The notes: a model not told the origin generated them from the letters alone. Shown: positions 9,605-20,561, counted from the stretch's first letter. The stretch: DNA of 27,257 nt from a virus (IMGVR_UViG_3300005512_000272:1-27257), one strand, 5' to 3'. Program-made: numbers and translations.

Positions 9605-12600
9605 CTAGCGGTATTTGAGTGGAAATGTGGGTGTTTTACCTTCTTGTTGGTCAAATTTATTAATTTTCTGCTGGTATTCAAGGGTGCTGATTTCAGATGC
9701 ATTAGAGAGCTGTGCCTCAGCTTCCTTCTTAGCTTCTTCTAGAGCATCATCAATGCGATCATATAAACCTGCAAACAACTCTCTTGACACATTGGGATCA
9801 ATAGATTGCTGCCGCTTGACTTCAGCTCTGAACTTATCTGCATCGTAATCTTTCATAATTGTACGAAGCCGTTTTCTAAACAGCCCATCACGTCCCATGA
9901 TTTCAAACAACTCAGACCGTTCAGCGGGTGTGTATTCGACGCCTTTAGCTGATTTGCTAAATGTAGGCTGACCGTCATACTCAATGTCAATCAGGAATTG
10001 ACGTTCAGGACTGATGCCATCAGCTGATGCAAATGGCAGACCTAAGCCGTTGTACATGCGGGTAAAAAAGTTCTCTGCATAACCAATACGTCGCTGGTCA
10101 ACCCAATCATACGATTTAGGTAGAGCAACCTTTGGATCAACAACATCAATAACTTTGTTGCGGTTGTGGATTGCATCAAGCAGGCTGTCGTTTAGCTCAG
10201 ACATACCACCAACGATGATGCGGCTGAGTTCAGCACGTTGACCAGACATCGGGAATGCCGCACTAGCCATCGTTCCTGCAAAACGAGTTGCAGCTGAAAA
10301 GTTACCGCCAAGCATGTCAAACATTGGTTCAAGCGGTGCAAACATCGCTTTGTTAAACAGACTTGCACCAAGTACATGAGTTGACTTGTTATACAAAGTC
10401 GCCATATCCATCGGATCCAGCGTGTCATGGTTGTCCAGTACATTTGCTTGGAAAGCAATGATGTCAGCAATTGGTCCTAAGAACTCATAGCTATACCAAC
10501 GTCCGTCGAGTCCCATGAAGGTCCTACCTTCCCAACCACCTTTGACACGTGCACGTTGACGTTCTTTATCAAAGTGTCCATCACCACGAAGCCTGTCTTG
10601 AGAGAACATGACAGCTCCAGCTAAGCCAGCCATAGCTGCAATAGCTTTGCGACCTCTGATCTCTGCTCGTAGGTTCCTGAACTTAACATCGATGTATTCA
10701 TCAACCTTGATACCACGGCTTTGCAATGCCTCAGCCATTTGATCACGAGTAAAGTTTTTACTTGGTCCAGCAAGCTTGTCGATGTCTTTAGAGAATGCAG
10801 TTACAGGTGCAAACTTGAAAGCCATGCCAATTGCATTGTCACCAGTACGTGGGAACAGCAAAATGTTTCCAAGCACAGGGTATGCCTTTACAAGTGATGA
10901 CAGACTCTTAGAGCCTTCAGTATCTAAGTTAAACGCAATCTCACGGGAAGCAAAGTCAACAGCAGAATCATTGATCATGCCGTGCTTATCAAACAAAGCA
11001 TCGTAGTGTTCTTTCTCTGCTTTCTTGAGCACATCCTTAGGAGGCACAGGGCCAGGAACATTGACCATACGGTCATAGATGTTGCCTTTAACTTCAACGT
11101 TACCCATGAAGGCACGAACAAAACCATCAAGGCTAGCCATAGCATTACCGCCAAAGCGAAGCACAGGATGATTAGCAATGTCGTTAATCTGTTCGGCAAG
11201 GGTATACAGAACCATTGGGCCATCATTGCCATCTTTCTGCGCAGAGTCAGCAAAGGCTTTGAGCGCGTTCATCGTGGCTTCATTCTTAGCAGCCATATCT
11301 TCACGCAACATATAGTTGACAGAGGTAGGATCAAGTGAGGCTTTTTTAAAGACAAAACCCATGTGACGCATACCTTTGAAGATGTGATCTCCTAAGTTCG
11401 AATATTGATAAGCTGCACGTTTAAGTGTACGCACATCAGTCATTGCACCCGCAAACACACTAAGTGGTTTAATTGCAGTTAATACAGCGTTAGCTTGACC
11501 GGCTTTAATAGGCGTAGCAAATGCAGACAACACTGAGTTATAAAGCGTGCTCTTCATTCCGGTCAGAATGACGTTAGGAATTTCAGGCTGCAAATCAATA
11601 AAACCTTTGTTGAGCATAGGCAGGCTGTTATTGACAAACGTATGCATCTTGGCAAGTGTGTCAATGTTGCCATCACTCATTTCCCACATCATCTGAAGTG
11701 GTTTTAGAAATGAACGACGTTCTTTGGCCATAAAGCGCAAAGAGGCGACTGAGTTTTTAGAACGGGCAACAATATTGCGGAAAGCCTCTTCGGTATCGTG
11801 CATGGCATTCATACCGATAGCAGCTTGCTTTTCTGGGTCGTTAGTAAAGCGCTTCCACATATTCATCAGGTTCAACGTCTTACCAGCGTTGTAAGAGGCA
11901 AGACCTTTCTCAACCATCAAATACTCAAGACGGTCAAGGATCATCTCCTGTGCTTTGGAAACAGCCTCAGTACCTTCCATAAGACGAGCACCTTCTGCCA
12001 TGTCAGAGATCTGACCGGCATTAGCTGTAGAGAAGTAAGCGGTAGCTTTGTTGACATTCATATCTGCAAATTCTTCCAGATAGAACTTCATAGCTTTCAT
12101 GACACCGTTATAAGCAACGTTGCCAATAACTTCTTTCTTTCTACCAAAATCGTCAATAGAGGATTTGAAGTTGTCAAGCAACTCCTTCATCATCCCCGGT
12201 TCCATCCGTGGATCTGCTAAAAGCTCATAAAGCCTTTCGCCGACAGCGTTGTGCTCTTCATAGTCAACAAAACGTCCAGTACCATCAAGCTTGCCGGACC
12301 ACCTGCCACCGTCTGCAACTTGCTTGGCAAGTAGTTTAACTACAGTACGTTTGGTAAGACTCTCAGCGTCTAGACCATATTTACGAGCAGCTTCACTTAC
12401 TGGGTTAGCAAGTCGTCCCCAAACAGTGCCTTCATTTTTAGAGATTTTAACTGCATCCAAAGCGGCCATCAAGATTCCACCAGGATCAACGGTTCTCGCT
12501 CCAGTTTCATATGGAGTGAAAGCACCTTCATGGACACCTGGGATTGGCTCTACTGGACCTTGTACAGGCGGCGGTTCTGGTCCTTGTGCTCTGGGAAAGA

Positions 12601-13669
12601 GCGGATCATCTAAACCCTTATTGAGTTTCTGAGACAGCATGAAAGCGCCAATTTCATCTTGTGCTTCTTTGTAACTTGCAGCAGCTTTAGAGAACTCTGT
12701 TTCAGGTACGTTTGATTTTTTGACAGCCTCATTGAGTTCATCAATCAAGCTCTGTGCGCTATCAGGACCAGCAATAAAGCGTGTCTGCTGTACTGTCCCA
12801 CTAATGCCACGTGCAACGGATCCTGCGGCTTCAAGGAATGCAGAGGCAAGTCCTAAGCCAACACCTTCACGAACACTCTTGTCACGCTTAACGTCAGGTG
12901 AATCGCTGGAGAGGGTTGCAATATCAGTACTGATCCATCGTTGTGTAGACGGAAACATCTCACGGACGGTGCCAGAAAAATTGTTTCCTTCAGCGGAGTA
13001 TGCGTTTGCATAGTCAACAAAGACACCAGTACCAAGCTCAACACCGGTCCTACCGAAAAGCTTGACAAGCGCGTCTCGTCCAGCGACCCACTCTTTGCCG
13101 CCTAAAAACTTAGGCAGCTTTGTGGCAACTGGGTACTTAGACGCAGCGGCAACACCTAATGCCTTACCGCCTGCTCCAAGGAACAGAGAAGGTAAGAGGA
13201 AAGATGAAAGCTCACGTGAAGCCTCAGCATATTCAGATTCAAATTTACGAACTTTCGGAATATTGACGTGAGGAATCAGGTTCAGTGAATCACGAACAAA
13301 ATCAATAGACCCAACAGCTGGTGCATTTGCTAGCTCCGCTAATGGCTGAGCTGCTTTACCAGCTTCCTGAGCCATACCGAAAAGCTTGCCAACATTGTCT
13401 TGTAGACGTTGACCGAGATCTTCAGAAGGTTTTTCTTCAGATGACTCTATTTCTTGAGGCTGTTCTTGTTGTTGCTGTGGTTTAGTACGCTTTGGAGTAT
13501 CAGGTCTTAGGTCAACTTGTCGCTCTTCAGACTCAATAGTTTCAGCGGTCTTAATGTCATCGTTAATCTTTGCGTCTAACTCTGTCTCTTTAGCTCTAAT
13601 ATTTTCGTAGACCTCTGGGCTAAAGTCCTGGTCTTCGCCTACGAACTCTCTTGTATACGGATCAGACAT
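9605..13669 (-). CDS. Internal virion (ejectosome) protein, gp16-like (1354 aa)
   Basis: Size, helical composition and position directly upstream of the tail fibre match T7 gene order. Confidence 0.8.
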   Translation of the reverse strand: MSDPYTREFVGEDQDFSPEVYENIRAKETELDAKINDDIKTAETIESEERQVDLRPDTPKRTKPQQQQEQPQEIESSEEKPSEDLGQRLQDNVGKLFGMAQEAGKAAQPLAELANAPAVGSIDFVRDSLNLIPHVNIPKVRKFESEYAEASRELSSFLLPSLFLGAGGKALGVAAASKYPVATKLPKFLGGKEWVAGRDALVKLFGRTGVELGTGVFVDYANAYSAEGNNFSGTVREMFPSTQRWISTDIATLSSDSPDVKRDKSVREGVGLGLASAFLEAAGSVARGISGTVQQTRFIAGPDSAQSLIDELNEAVKKSNVPETEFSKAAASYKEAQDEIGAFMLSQKLNKGLDDPLFPRAQGPEPPPVQGPVEPIPGVHEGAFTPYETGARTVDPGGILMAALDAVKISKNEGTVWGRLANPVSEAARKYGLDAESLTKRTVVKLLAKQVADGGRWSGKLDGTGRFVDYEEHNAVGERLYELLADPRMEPGMMKELLDNFKSSIDDFGRKKEVIGNVAYNGVMKAMKFYLEEFADMNVNKATAYFSTANAGQISDMAEGARLMEGTEAVSKAQEMILDRLEYLMVEKGLASYNAGKTLNLMNMWKRFTNDPEKQAAIGMNAMHDTEEAFRNIVARSKNSVASLRFMAKERRSFLKPLQMMWEMSDGNIDTLAKMHTFVNNSLPMLNKGFIDLQPEIPNVILTGMKSTLYNSVLSAFATPIKAGQANAVLTAIKPLSVFAGAMTDVRTLKRAAYQYSNLGDHIFKGMRHMGFVFKKASLDPTSVNYMLREDMAAKNEATMNALKAFADSAQKDGNDGPMVLYTLAEQINDIANHPVLRFGGNAMASLDGFVRAFMGNVEVKGNIYDRMVNVPGPVPPKDVLKKAEKEHYDALFDKHGMINDSAVDFASREIAFNLDTEGSKSLSSLVKAYPVLGNILLFPRTGDNAIGMAFKFAPVTAFSKDIDKLAGPSKNFTRDQMAEALQSRGIKVDEYIDVKFRNLRAEIRGRKAIAAMAGLAGAVMFSQDRLRGDGHFDKERQRARVKGGWEGRTFMGLDGRWYSYEFLGPIADIIAFQANVLDNHDTLDPMDMATLYNKSTHVLGASLFNKAMFAPLEPMFDMLGGNFSAATRFAGTMASAAFPMSGQRAELSRIIVGGMSELNDSLLDAIHNRNKVIDVVDPKVALPKSYDWVDQRRIGYAENFFTRMYNGLGLPFASADGISPERQFLIDIEYDGQPTFSKSAKGVEYTPAERSELFEIMGRDGLFRKRLRTIMKDYDADKFRAEVKRQQSIDPNVSRELFAGLYDRIDDALEEAKKEAEAQLSNASEISTLEYQQKINKFDQQEGKTPTFPLKYR

Positions 13670-13671
13670 AA

Positions 13672-16287
13672 TTAGTCAGCAAAGAATTGTTGATAGTTGG
13701 ATTCGATTGGACCGGTATATCGACCACTTCCTACCGTTTGGTTTCTGTAATGGTAGAAGTTACCGGCATTGGAGAACTTGACATCTCCTGGACCCATATT
13801 TCCGTACTGGGTTGTACCTTTAAAGCTGTCTCGCCCTTTCAAGCGATTCATTGCAGCACGAATCTTTTGCTGGCCTTCAATGCTTGCAAAGTGATCTGCA
13901 TATTCAGGATCAAACTTAGCTTTACCCTCGTAGACTGGTTGATATTGACCGTCTTGAGTGACAACCTCTTTAACTGTGTTAGGCCAATGAGGTGAAGCAA
14001 CGCGGTTTAGAACTGAAGCGATAACTCCGTATACATCATCTGTACCGTGCTCTGGCTCAGCATTTGCAACAAGCCCGAGATACTGAAAGTCCTCAGCACT
14101 TAGATTTTTGAGACCACCTACGGCAGGAACAATATCTTTATAGACTGGATTTATAGGAAAGCCGTCTTGGTGCAGTTGGGCAAGCATTTCTTCGTTACCC
14201 TTGCCGCGCATAACCATATCCAGCTTTTTAACTAACGCTGGTTGTTCTGCTCTAGCAGCTTCATACTGCTGAGCATATGTTTGTACGTAATCCACTTTAT
14301 TTCTCGTCATTGATCCAATCCGCATGTTCAGCAGTTGGATTGGGTTCATTTCAAAAACATCAGCCAACTGCATGACTCGTTCATGCATTTCGCCTGTCTG
14401 AGTCCACTTGTTGGCAATGTCACGAATAACTTCATCGTCATCGTGAATCAAGAACTTCGACTTCAAGGCTTTTGTGCCACCAACATCTTTTGCGTAGTTG
14501 ATGAATTCTTTGACTTCTTCTTTATCGTTGAGACCTCTGGTGACAGTATCTGCAGTTTTAGGTAGATAGTTCACGAACTCACCAAATTGATTGATGTAAT
14601 ACTTATGGCCGTCTTCTTTAATGCCTTCATTAAACTCTTTCATGTATACGCCAACCAGAGCTTTACCGTATTCAACTTCATCAGTAACTTCTGGTGGCAT
14701 ATTCTTCATGTCCGCTGTATACCGATCTTGGAACTCTTTAACAACAATGTCCGCAATACCAGCACCTTCGAAGCTGGTTTTAAAGCGGCGGTTTTTGGTT
14801 ACGATATCAGTGATTGAATCACGGTTGGCTTTATGAAGACTGCCACGTAGTTTGTCTTGACGTTCAGCTTCTTCTAGAAACTGTTCTCGTACAAGACGGT
14901 GCTCACCTTTGAGCATTTCAACTGTAAGGTTGCTGCCGTCTGAAATGAATTGAAGCTGTTTAATTCGCTTATCAATTTCATCACCAGTAGCGCTATGGTT
15001 GCGCCACGCCTTTTTCAAATTATCAGGAACTTTGTAGTTAAGGACATTCAGTTCACTAGCAAGTTCTTTTAAACCATCAATAGCTGTATTGGCAGTTGCC
15101 TCATTTGCCTCTGGGTTGTTCTCAAAAAAGTCTTCAAGCTCTAACGCCTTTTGATCGAGTTGTGCTTGCTTTTGATCTTGATCTGCTTTAAAGGTTTTAG
15201 CGTTTCTACTACGACCTGCACGTTTTGCTCTCTGGATGTCTCCAGCTTTTAATGTGCCATAGGTTGAACCATTAAATGGTGTTGCATTAATTGCATCAAC
15301 AAGTGCTTTGGCTTGTGGATCGTTGGTAGCGTAGAGGTTCTCTACTTCACCCATCAAATCTTTAAAAGCACCAGGAAGTAGTAATTGTTTATTGTCTTTA
15401 TCAACATCACTTGCACGTGCTGACACGTAATTGATGACACCCCTAGGAGTGAGATCCTTTAGAAGAGTGTTGAGTAGATCACCTTTGTTTTTAAAACTAT
15501 GGTTGATGCTGTATGCCTTTTCAGCAGCTTTAGCAATCGTATCCCGATGTTTGTTCATCGGTATGGTCACATATTTGGATCGGATACCGCGAGGAATGCC
15601 GTTATAACCACGCTCCTTTTCCCAGTCCAAATAGATCGCTGCTTGACGTGCGGATTCTTGGCTTAATGTGAGTTGATCTGCAGGTGTATTAATTGCAAAA
15701 CGTTCACCATTGACTTCAAACTCAGATTCGTTCTCGCGCAGCTGCTTGGCATAGTGTGCTGGGTATGCCTCTACATCCTTTTCAATATGTTTAATTGAAC
15801 GAAAGTAATCCACCATTGAGGTGCTGCCACGTAGCCCTTCAACAACGTCATGCCGTGTGCCAAGTTGTTTAGCGTTGTTAGCGTCAACATTGCCGTCAGC
15901 AACTGTGTCAGCAAGCTGACCTTCTAGCATGGTTTGCTGAGCAGCAAAGTCGTTGACAAGTACTTTGTCTTGGTTAAATAGTTCTTCAGCTTTAGCTTCA
16001 GCATCTGCTAAGCGTTTTTCTCCCCATTTTTGAAGCCCTTGTTGCAGAAGTTGAGAAAAACCTGAAAGGGCTTGTATGTCATTATTTTCAGCTAGTTGGT
16101 CAAAGTCAAGCTGCAAACGATCAAGTTTTTGAGCTTGGCTTTCTGCATTTTGAAAAGCCCTTTGCTCTTGGTTTTGTACACGAAAATTCTCCCGTAGAAG
16201 TGCAGAGGAATCACCAGCTCTTTGTGGGTCATAGCCTTGGCCTGTTGACTGAGCTTGATAGAGATTCCTCCGTTGAATCTCTGCCAT
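13672..16287 (-). CDS. Internal virion protein, gp15-like, with C-terminal SleB/Hydrolase_2-like cell wall hydrolase (871 aa)
   Basis: Synteny, plus C-terminal motif LVANAE...YGVIASVLNRV.SP.WPNTVKEVVTQ.GQY. Confidence 0.8.
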   Translation of the reverse strand: MAEIQRRNLYQAQSTGQGYDPQRAGDSSALLRENFRVQNQEQRAFQNAESQAQKLDRLQLDFDQLAENNDIQALSGFSQLLQQGLQKWGEKRLADAEAKAEELFNQDKVLVNDFAAQQTMLEGQLADTVADGNVDANNAKQLGTRHDVVEGLRGSTSMVDYFRSIKHIEKDVEAYPAHYAKQLRENESEFEVNGERFAINTPADQLTLSQESARQAAIYLDWEKERGYNGIPRGIRSKYVTIPMNKHRDTIAKAAEKAYSINHSFKNKGDLLNTLLKDLTPRGVINYVSARASDVDKDNKQLLLPGAFKDLMGEVENLYATNDPQAKALVDAINATPFNGSTYGTLKAGDIQRAKRAGRSRNAKTFKADQDQKQAQLDQKALELEDFFENNPEANEATANTAIDGLKELASELNVLNYKVPDNLKKAWRNHSATGDEIDKRIKQLQFISDGSNLTVEMLKGEHRLVREQFLEEAERQDKLRGSLHKANRDSITDIVTKNRRFKTSFEGAGIADIVVKEFQDRYTADMKNMPPEVTDEVEYGKALVGVYMKEFNEGIKEDGHKYYINQFGEFVNYLPKTADTVTRGLNDKEEVKEFINYAKDVGGTKALKSKFLIHDDDEVIRDIANKWTQTGEMHERVMQLADVFEMNPIQLLNMRIGSMTRNKVDYVQTYAQQYEAARAEQPALVKKLDMVMRGKGNEEMLAQLHQDGFPINPVYKDIVPAVGGLKNLSAEDFQYLGLVANAEPEHGTDDVYGVIASVLNRVASPHWPNTVKEVVTQDGQYQPVYEGKAKFDPEYADHFASIEGQQKIRAAMNRLKGRDSFKGTTQYGNMGPGDVKFSNAGNFYHYRNQTVGSGRYTGPIESNYQQFFAD

Positions 16288-16985
16288 TAACTTGGAGTAA
16301 TAGATTTATACGTTTGGTAACCACCAATAAGACCTTGACCAATCATCAAGGCATTCGATAGGAAACCAGGTGGTTGTGGTCCGTCAATGCGTGGAGTAGT
16401 TGGGGGTAATGTGCTCTCTAAGAAGGGAGGTATAGCAACAGTGTCATAAGAACGTTGAATGTCGTTCGCCGCCTGACGGTTAAGTGCTTCACGCTTTCTT
16501 CGTGTATCTGAATTAATATCATCAACACCAAGTTTGTCTTGTACTTCGGTCCGTCCGTAGGTACCAAGTGTGCGCTTCATGTTGAACAACCTTGCAGATC
16601 TGTTATCACCTTCCATGGCAGCAGCATTGGCTCCCATAGCTTCTAGTAATTCAATCTGCCTACCCTCACGTTCAAAAGCTTTTTGAGTTAAAAGCCTATT
16701 GCGGTCAATTTGAGCGCCAGTATCGGCGCGGTTATATGCTTCTTGAATGAAGCTTACATTGCGCTCATGAACACCCTTGCGATAGTCATAGATTTGGAGA
16801 CTCTGCTTATTGCGGAGTTCAACACCTTGGTTGTATTGAAAACGTTGTAGGTCTCTAGCTTGTCTATCAGCAAGTTGACGTTCTTTTGCTTGTTGGAATG
16901 CTTTATCGTTCTCGTACGCCTTCATGCCGAGACCGAGAGCGGCTGAGCTACCAGCAATAAGGGCTTGTCCTAAGAAAAATGCCAT
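16287..16985 (-). CDS. Internal virion protein, gp14-like (232 aa)
   Basis: Hydrophobic Gly/Ala-rich ends, Q/R-rich helical middle, position before the gp15-like gene. Confidence 0.75.
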   Translation of the reverse strand: MAFFLGQALIAGSSAALGLGMKAYENDKAFQQAKERQLADRQARDLQRFQYNQGVELRNKQSLQIYDYRKGVHERNVSFIQEAYNRADTGAQIDRNRLLTQKAFEREGRQIELLEAMGANAAAMEGDNRSARLFNMKRTLGTYGRTEVQDKLGVDDINSDTRRKREALNRQAANDIQRSYDTVAIPPFLESTLPPTTPRIDGPQPPGFLSNALMIGQGLIGGYQTYKSITPS

Positions 16986-19895
16986 TTATCCCCTCCTATA
17001 AAAACGTTGGTTCAGCTTGCCTTCCCAATCCAAACCAAGTAGAGATACAGGAAACGGAGTGTTGCCAATGATCTGTACAGCAAGGTTCTCGTTGCGTTGG
17101 AAGATAGGAACAACGTGAGTAGAGCTTGCTTGCATGTTTACGTTGTTGAGATTGTATTGTTGTGGCATAGTGACGGTCACTGTATTAGTGAAATCACTGA
17201 TACCGGTAATGCTTACTTTATAATCAACAGGTCCACTTAGACCTGTCTTAACTTTTAGTCGATGAACGATTAAACTTGATACATCATCGTTAACTACGTT
17301 GTCATTAGTTATGTTGTACTTATACAGCTTCGGCAGATCCAGAGTCATGTTGTACAAGCAACCAATGATTAGGTTTTTACCTCTGAAGTCACCATCAATG
17401 TCAGCGTGTTGACTACCAGCTGACCCACCTACAGTGGGAAACAAGACAGCACCAGTAGAGGCAGTTGACAAAGCAGTCGAACCACCGATGTAGTTACCAA
17501 GAGCTACAACAGTAAATGTCCTACCACTGACGTTATCGAATGGGAGGAAGATCCGTGTCTTATCTGTACCTGAATCGTATGTACGCAGCGGGTTGACACT
17601 GAATAAATCTAGGCATACATCAGTCTTTTCTCCAGTAGGCAGGGTAAGAAAACCTTGCTCGTTAGATTGGGTTACATCAAATGACTGGACATATACATCA
17701 GTGCCATTCTTAACTACGGCATACAAGGTACTTGAATCAAAGAACTGTTCAAGCAAGGTGCCTGATAGCTCCCACCGATACCATGAATTAACAAGTCGTT
17801 GATCACGTGATTGATTGAGGAACCGGTATTGATAGAGATCTGATTTACCAATCTCACCCAAGGTAACCAGTGACAAAGCTGGTGATGCCTTCATACTGTT
17901 GACGCTTTGAGGGATTAGCTCAGGAACATAGTTAGTAATGTCAGACATCAGTGGTGGGTTATCCGCTGAGATACCATTCAGTTCAAACAGACGGGTATAC
18001 AGGGGTGTCTTACTGATGAATGCTTGAGAGATACCTAGCGATTGAGCAGGAACATTTGGATCACACTCATAAGCACTAAGGGTATTTATCTTTGCTGATT
18101 TAGGTGAAAGAATGTCAGAATCAGTAGTCAACAAGAACTGTTCATTAGCCGAGTAAAGAACAAGTCCAACACTGGTAGGCTGAACATAATGTAAGAACAC
18201 TGGTTTCTTACCAGCCACTGAGATATCAATAGGATCATCATCTGTAGCAGTTTGAGCAGTTGTATTCCAGAAGTCAAAGAGATCTCCCGCTTTAGAGAGA
18301 ACAACATTCTGTCCAGACAGAAAGCCTAGTCTGTTTCTGTAGAAGAAGAGGTGGTCAATTGGGAAGCCAACAAAGCTAGGAATAGGATTAGTGTTGTTAT
18401 CACCTACAATCCGATCATCCCAACTGATTGATTCAAATGTAAACGTACCATTTGCTTGACTTATCAAACGGTGAGGCATTGTCTGCTCATCAAATTTATA
18501 TTTAATGTCAGGCTCTGTATCCTCATACCATTGTCCACGTCCGAAGTTTTCACCACCATCGGTTTCAAACTTCAGATACATATCATCGATATCAATATCA
18601 ACAGAGTTCACAACCTTCACTACATACCCATCCTTTGTTTCGAGAGGTAGTTGTGTGGCATCACCAGTAGCGTCTGTAATGACAGACATAGCTAAGGTGC
18701 TAGTAGCAGACGCAACAGAGATAGTGAATGCTGAGGTACCAGTGATGTAGACACCAGAACCAACAGCAGTAGCAGTGATACCTGATACAGCAGTGATTTC
18801 AGTAGCTAGACCAGTGGCAATTGCAGAAGCAGTTGCACCTGAACTAGGTGATGTAAATGACTCATCTGTGCCATTGATAGTCACTGTATAAGCAGTGTTG
18901 TTAGCTACAACATTGATTAGAACGTGAGCCCTGTTAGCATCGAGACCAGTAGCATGTGTTAGATCTGTTTTAAGTTGAACAGTCTTCTTTTTATTTAAAA
19001 CAAACGTAGTGTCGTTGAGAGTCAGTAGTTCAATGTCATCAGCTGTAGCGCCGTTGAGATAGCCAGCAGGAGACGAGATAGCACAGTTACCAACAGCTGT
19101 GTCGTACTCACCTTCAGCGGTGTTGTAGGCAGTGACAGCAGTGTCGTAGTTAGTCTTTGCTGTGTTGTAAGCAGTAGTGGAACCAGCTAAAGCAGGTGTG
19201 TTAGTGGCTGCAGTTTCCTTATACAGCGTGTACACCTTGTAACCCTTACTTGCTAAGAGCAGGTTTTCATCTGTTCTGTCATTACCTAGGATGTAATTAG
19301 CAGGCATTGATGTCGTGTTACTGACAACTGTGCCATTCTCTTTTACCAGAAAAACACCATCAGCATTTTCAAGAACACCTGACTTGAGTGTTTCTTCTAC
19401 TTCATTCTTGTATGTATATTGAGTCTCAAAGAACTCCTCTTCTGTCTTATATTGAGCAGCAATAGCTTGAGCCAAAGTAGCTCCGGCTGCTTGCAGTAGA
19501 CCTAGCTTAGTAGCAACATCATCTTTTGCAGTTTTAAGTGCATCGGATTTGGTCTTTACCGTTGTGTTATTACATGTACCGGGAACACCTGCGTTACTAC
19601 CCATGTCAACCATCTTGGTGTCACCAGTAGTCAAGTCCCATACACGGAATAGATTGTTGTCAAATTGTGCTATGTATTTCTCATCTGCATCTCTAAGAAT
19701 CTCAAACCATTTACCAGATGCACTAGCACCATGGAGCTTAGAAACAAACTTACCCCCAGGTCGCTTAAGCATACCCAAAGCAAAGTCTGGGAATGCATTG
19801 AGAGCATCCCTTACCTGGCCAGGTCTTTTACGGCTGTCCGGTTGTTGAGATATACCTGATAAGAAATTTGGAATCGACTGGGAGAGTGTGCTCAT
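16986..19895 (-). CDS. Tail tubular protein B (nozzle), gp12-like (969 aa)
   Basis: N-terminus SQSIPNFLSGISQQPD...KRPG and motifs PSFVG..I...FFYRNRLGFLSG and DDDPID. Confidence 0.93.
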   Translation of the reverse strand: MSTLSQSIPNFLSGISQQPDSRKRPGQVRDALNAFPDFALGMLKRPGGKFVSKLHGASASGKWFEILRDADEKYIAQFDNNLFRVWDLTTGDTKMVDMGSNAGVPGTCNNTTVKTKSDALKTAKDDVATKLGLLQAAGATLAQAIAAQYKTEEEFFETQYTYKNEVEETLKSGVLENADGVFLVKENGTVVSNTTSMPANYILGNDRTDENLLLASKGYKVYTLYKETAATNTPALAGSTTAYNTAKTNYDTAVTAYNTAEGEYDTAVGNCAISSPAGYLNGATADDIELLTLNDTTFVLNKKKTVQLKTDLTHATGLDANRAHVLINVVANNTAYTVTINGTDESFTSPSSGATASAIATGLATEITAVSGITATAVGSGVYITGTSAFTISVASATSTLAMSVITDATGDATQLPLETKDGYVVKVVNSVDIDIDDMYLKFETDGGENFGRGQWYEDTEPDIKYKFDEQTMPHRLISQANGTFTFESISWDDRIVGDNNTNPIPSFVGFPIDHLFFYRNRLGFLSGQNVVLSKAGDLFDFWNTTAQTATDDDPIDISVAGKKPVFLHYVQPTSVGLVLYSANEQFLLTTDSDILSPKSAKINTLSAYECDPNVPAQSLGISQAFISKTPLYTRLFELNGISADNPPLMSDITNYVPELIPQSVNSMKASPALSLVTLGEIGKSDLYQYRFLNQSRDQRLVNSWYRWELSGTLLEQFFDSSTLYAVVKNGTDVYVQSFDVTQSNEQGFLTLPTGEKTDVCLDLFSVNPLRTYDSGTDKTRIFLPFDNVSGRTFTVVALGNYIGGSTALSTASTGAVLFPTVGGSAGSQHADIDGDFRGKNLIIGCLYNMTLDLPKLYKYNITNDNVVNDDVSSLIVHRLKVKTGLSGPVDYKVSITGISDFTNTVTVTMPQQYNLNNVNMQASSTHVVPIFQRNENLAVQIIGNTPFPVSLLGLDWEGKLNQRFYRRG

Positions 19896-20512
19896 TGCCT
19901 AAAGAGTGCTCGATATGGTTGATAGCTGGTGTAATAGTTCTGTCCGTCAGGGTGACCGAACATTGAGTAGTCACCTTGTTGACATTCGTTTTCAATAAGA
20001 GCAGCTCTTGTGGTGGCTTCCTGCTCAGCAAGTAGTTGATTTAGTTGTGCGTCACCAACCATTTTTGTTGCACACATACGTGCAGCTTTAGCGGTGATGT
20101 ATGCCTGGGCTGAAGGGGGTAGATCAGGGAAGTCAAAATTCCACATAACATCTACAACAAGATTCTCTTCAAAGATATTTGTGTGGTGATACAAGCAGTA
20201 GACAAATCCATTACGCCTTACAAGGTTGTACTTGTCTTGGTGTTTTTCGTAGTTAGAATCAATTGCCAACATAGTTGCTGGATAACTGATCTTATTGGTA
20301 ACAGCATCACGGCTTAATTCATAACCGCGTTCAGTATTAAAAGTCCAGCCTTCAAGTTGCACTTGTTTACTGACTTCACGGATTGTGTTAAGTGCAATGG
20401 AGACTTCAGGGTTCTGCAGGTTGAGGGTGGTGACAGGAGCCTGTCCCACACTGCTAAGTATTTGATTTACAGCATCCAGTTCGGTGGACACAGCATATGT
20501 AGGAAAGCTCAT
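19892..20512 (-). CDS. Tail tubular protein A, gp11-like (206 aa)
   Basis: TELDAVNQILSSVGQAPV and QLEGWTFNTE motifs. Start re-called to ATG at 20512 (MSFPTYAVS), downstream of the terminator, instead of 20602. Confidence 0.92.
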   Translation of the reverse strand: MSFPTYAVSTELDAVNQILSSVGQAPVTTLNLQNPEVSIALNTIREVSKQVQLEGWTFNTERGYELSRDAVTNKISYPATMLAIDSNYEKHQDKYNLVRRNGFVYCLYHHTNIFEENLVVDVMWNFDFPDLPPSAQAYITAKAARMCATKMVGDAQLNQLLAEQEATTRAALIENECQQGDYSMFGHPDGQNYYTSYQPYRALFRQ

Positions 20513-20523
20513 ATCGTATAGAT

Positions 20524-20550
20524 AAAAAAAAGGGACTCCGAAGAGTCCCC
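20524..20550 (-). terminator. Rho-independent terminator after major capsid (T-phi position)
   Basis: Minus strand GGGACTC-TTCG-GAGTCCC followed by T8. Confidence 0.93.
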
Positions 20551-20561
20551 ATGTATAAAAA

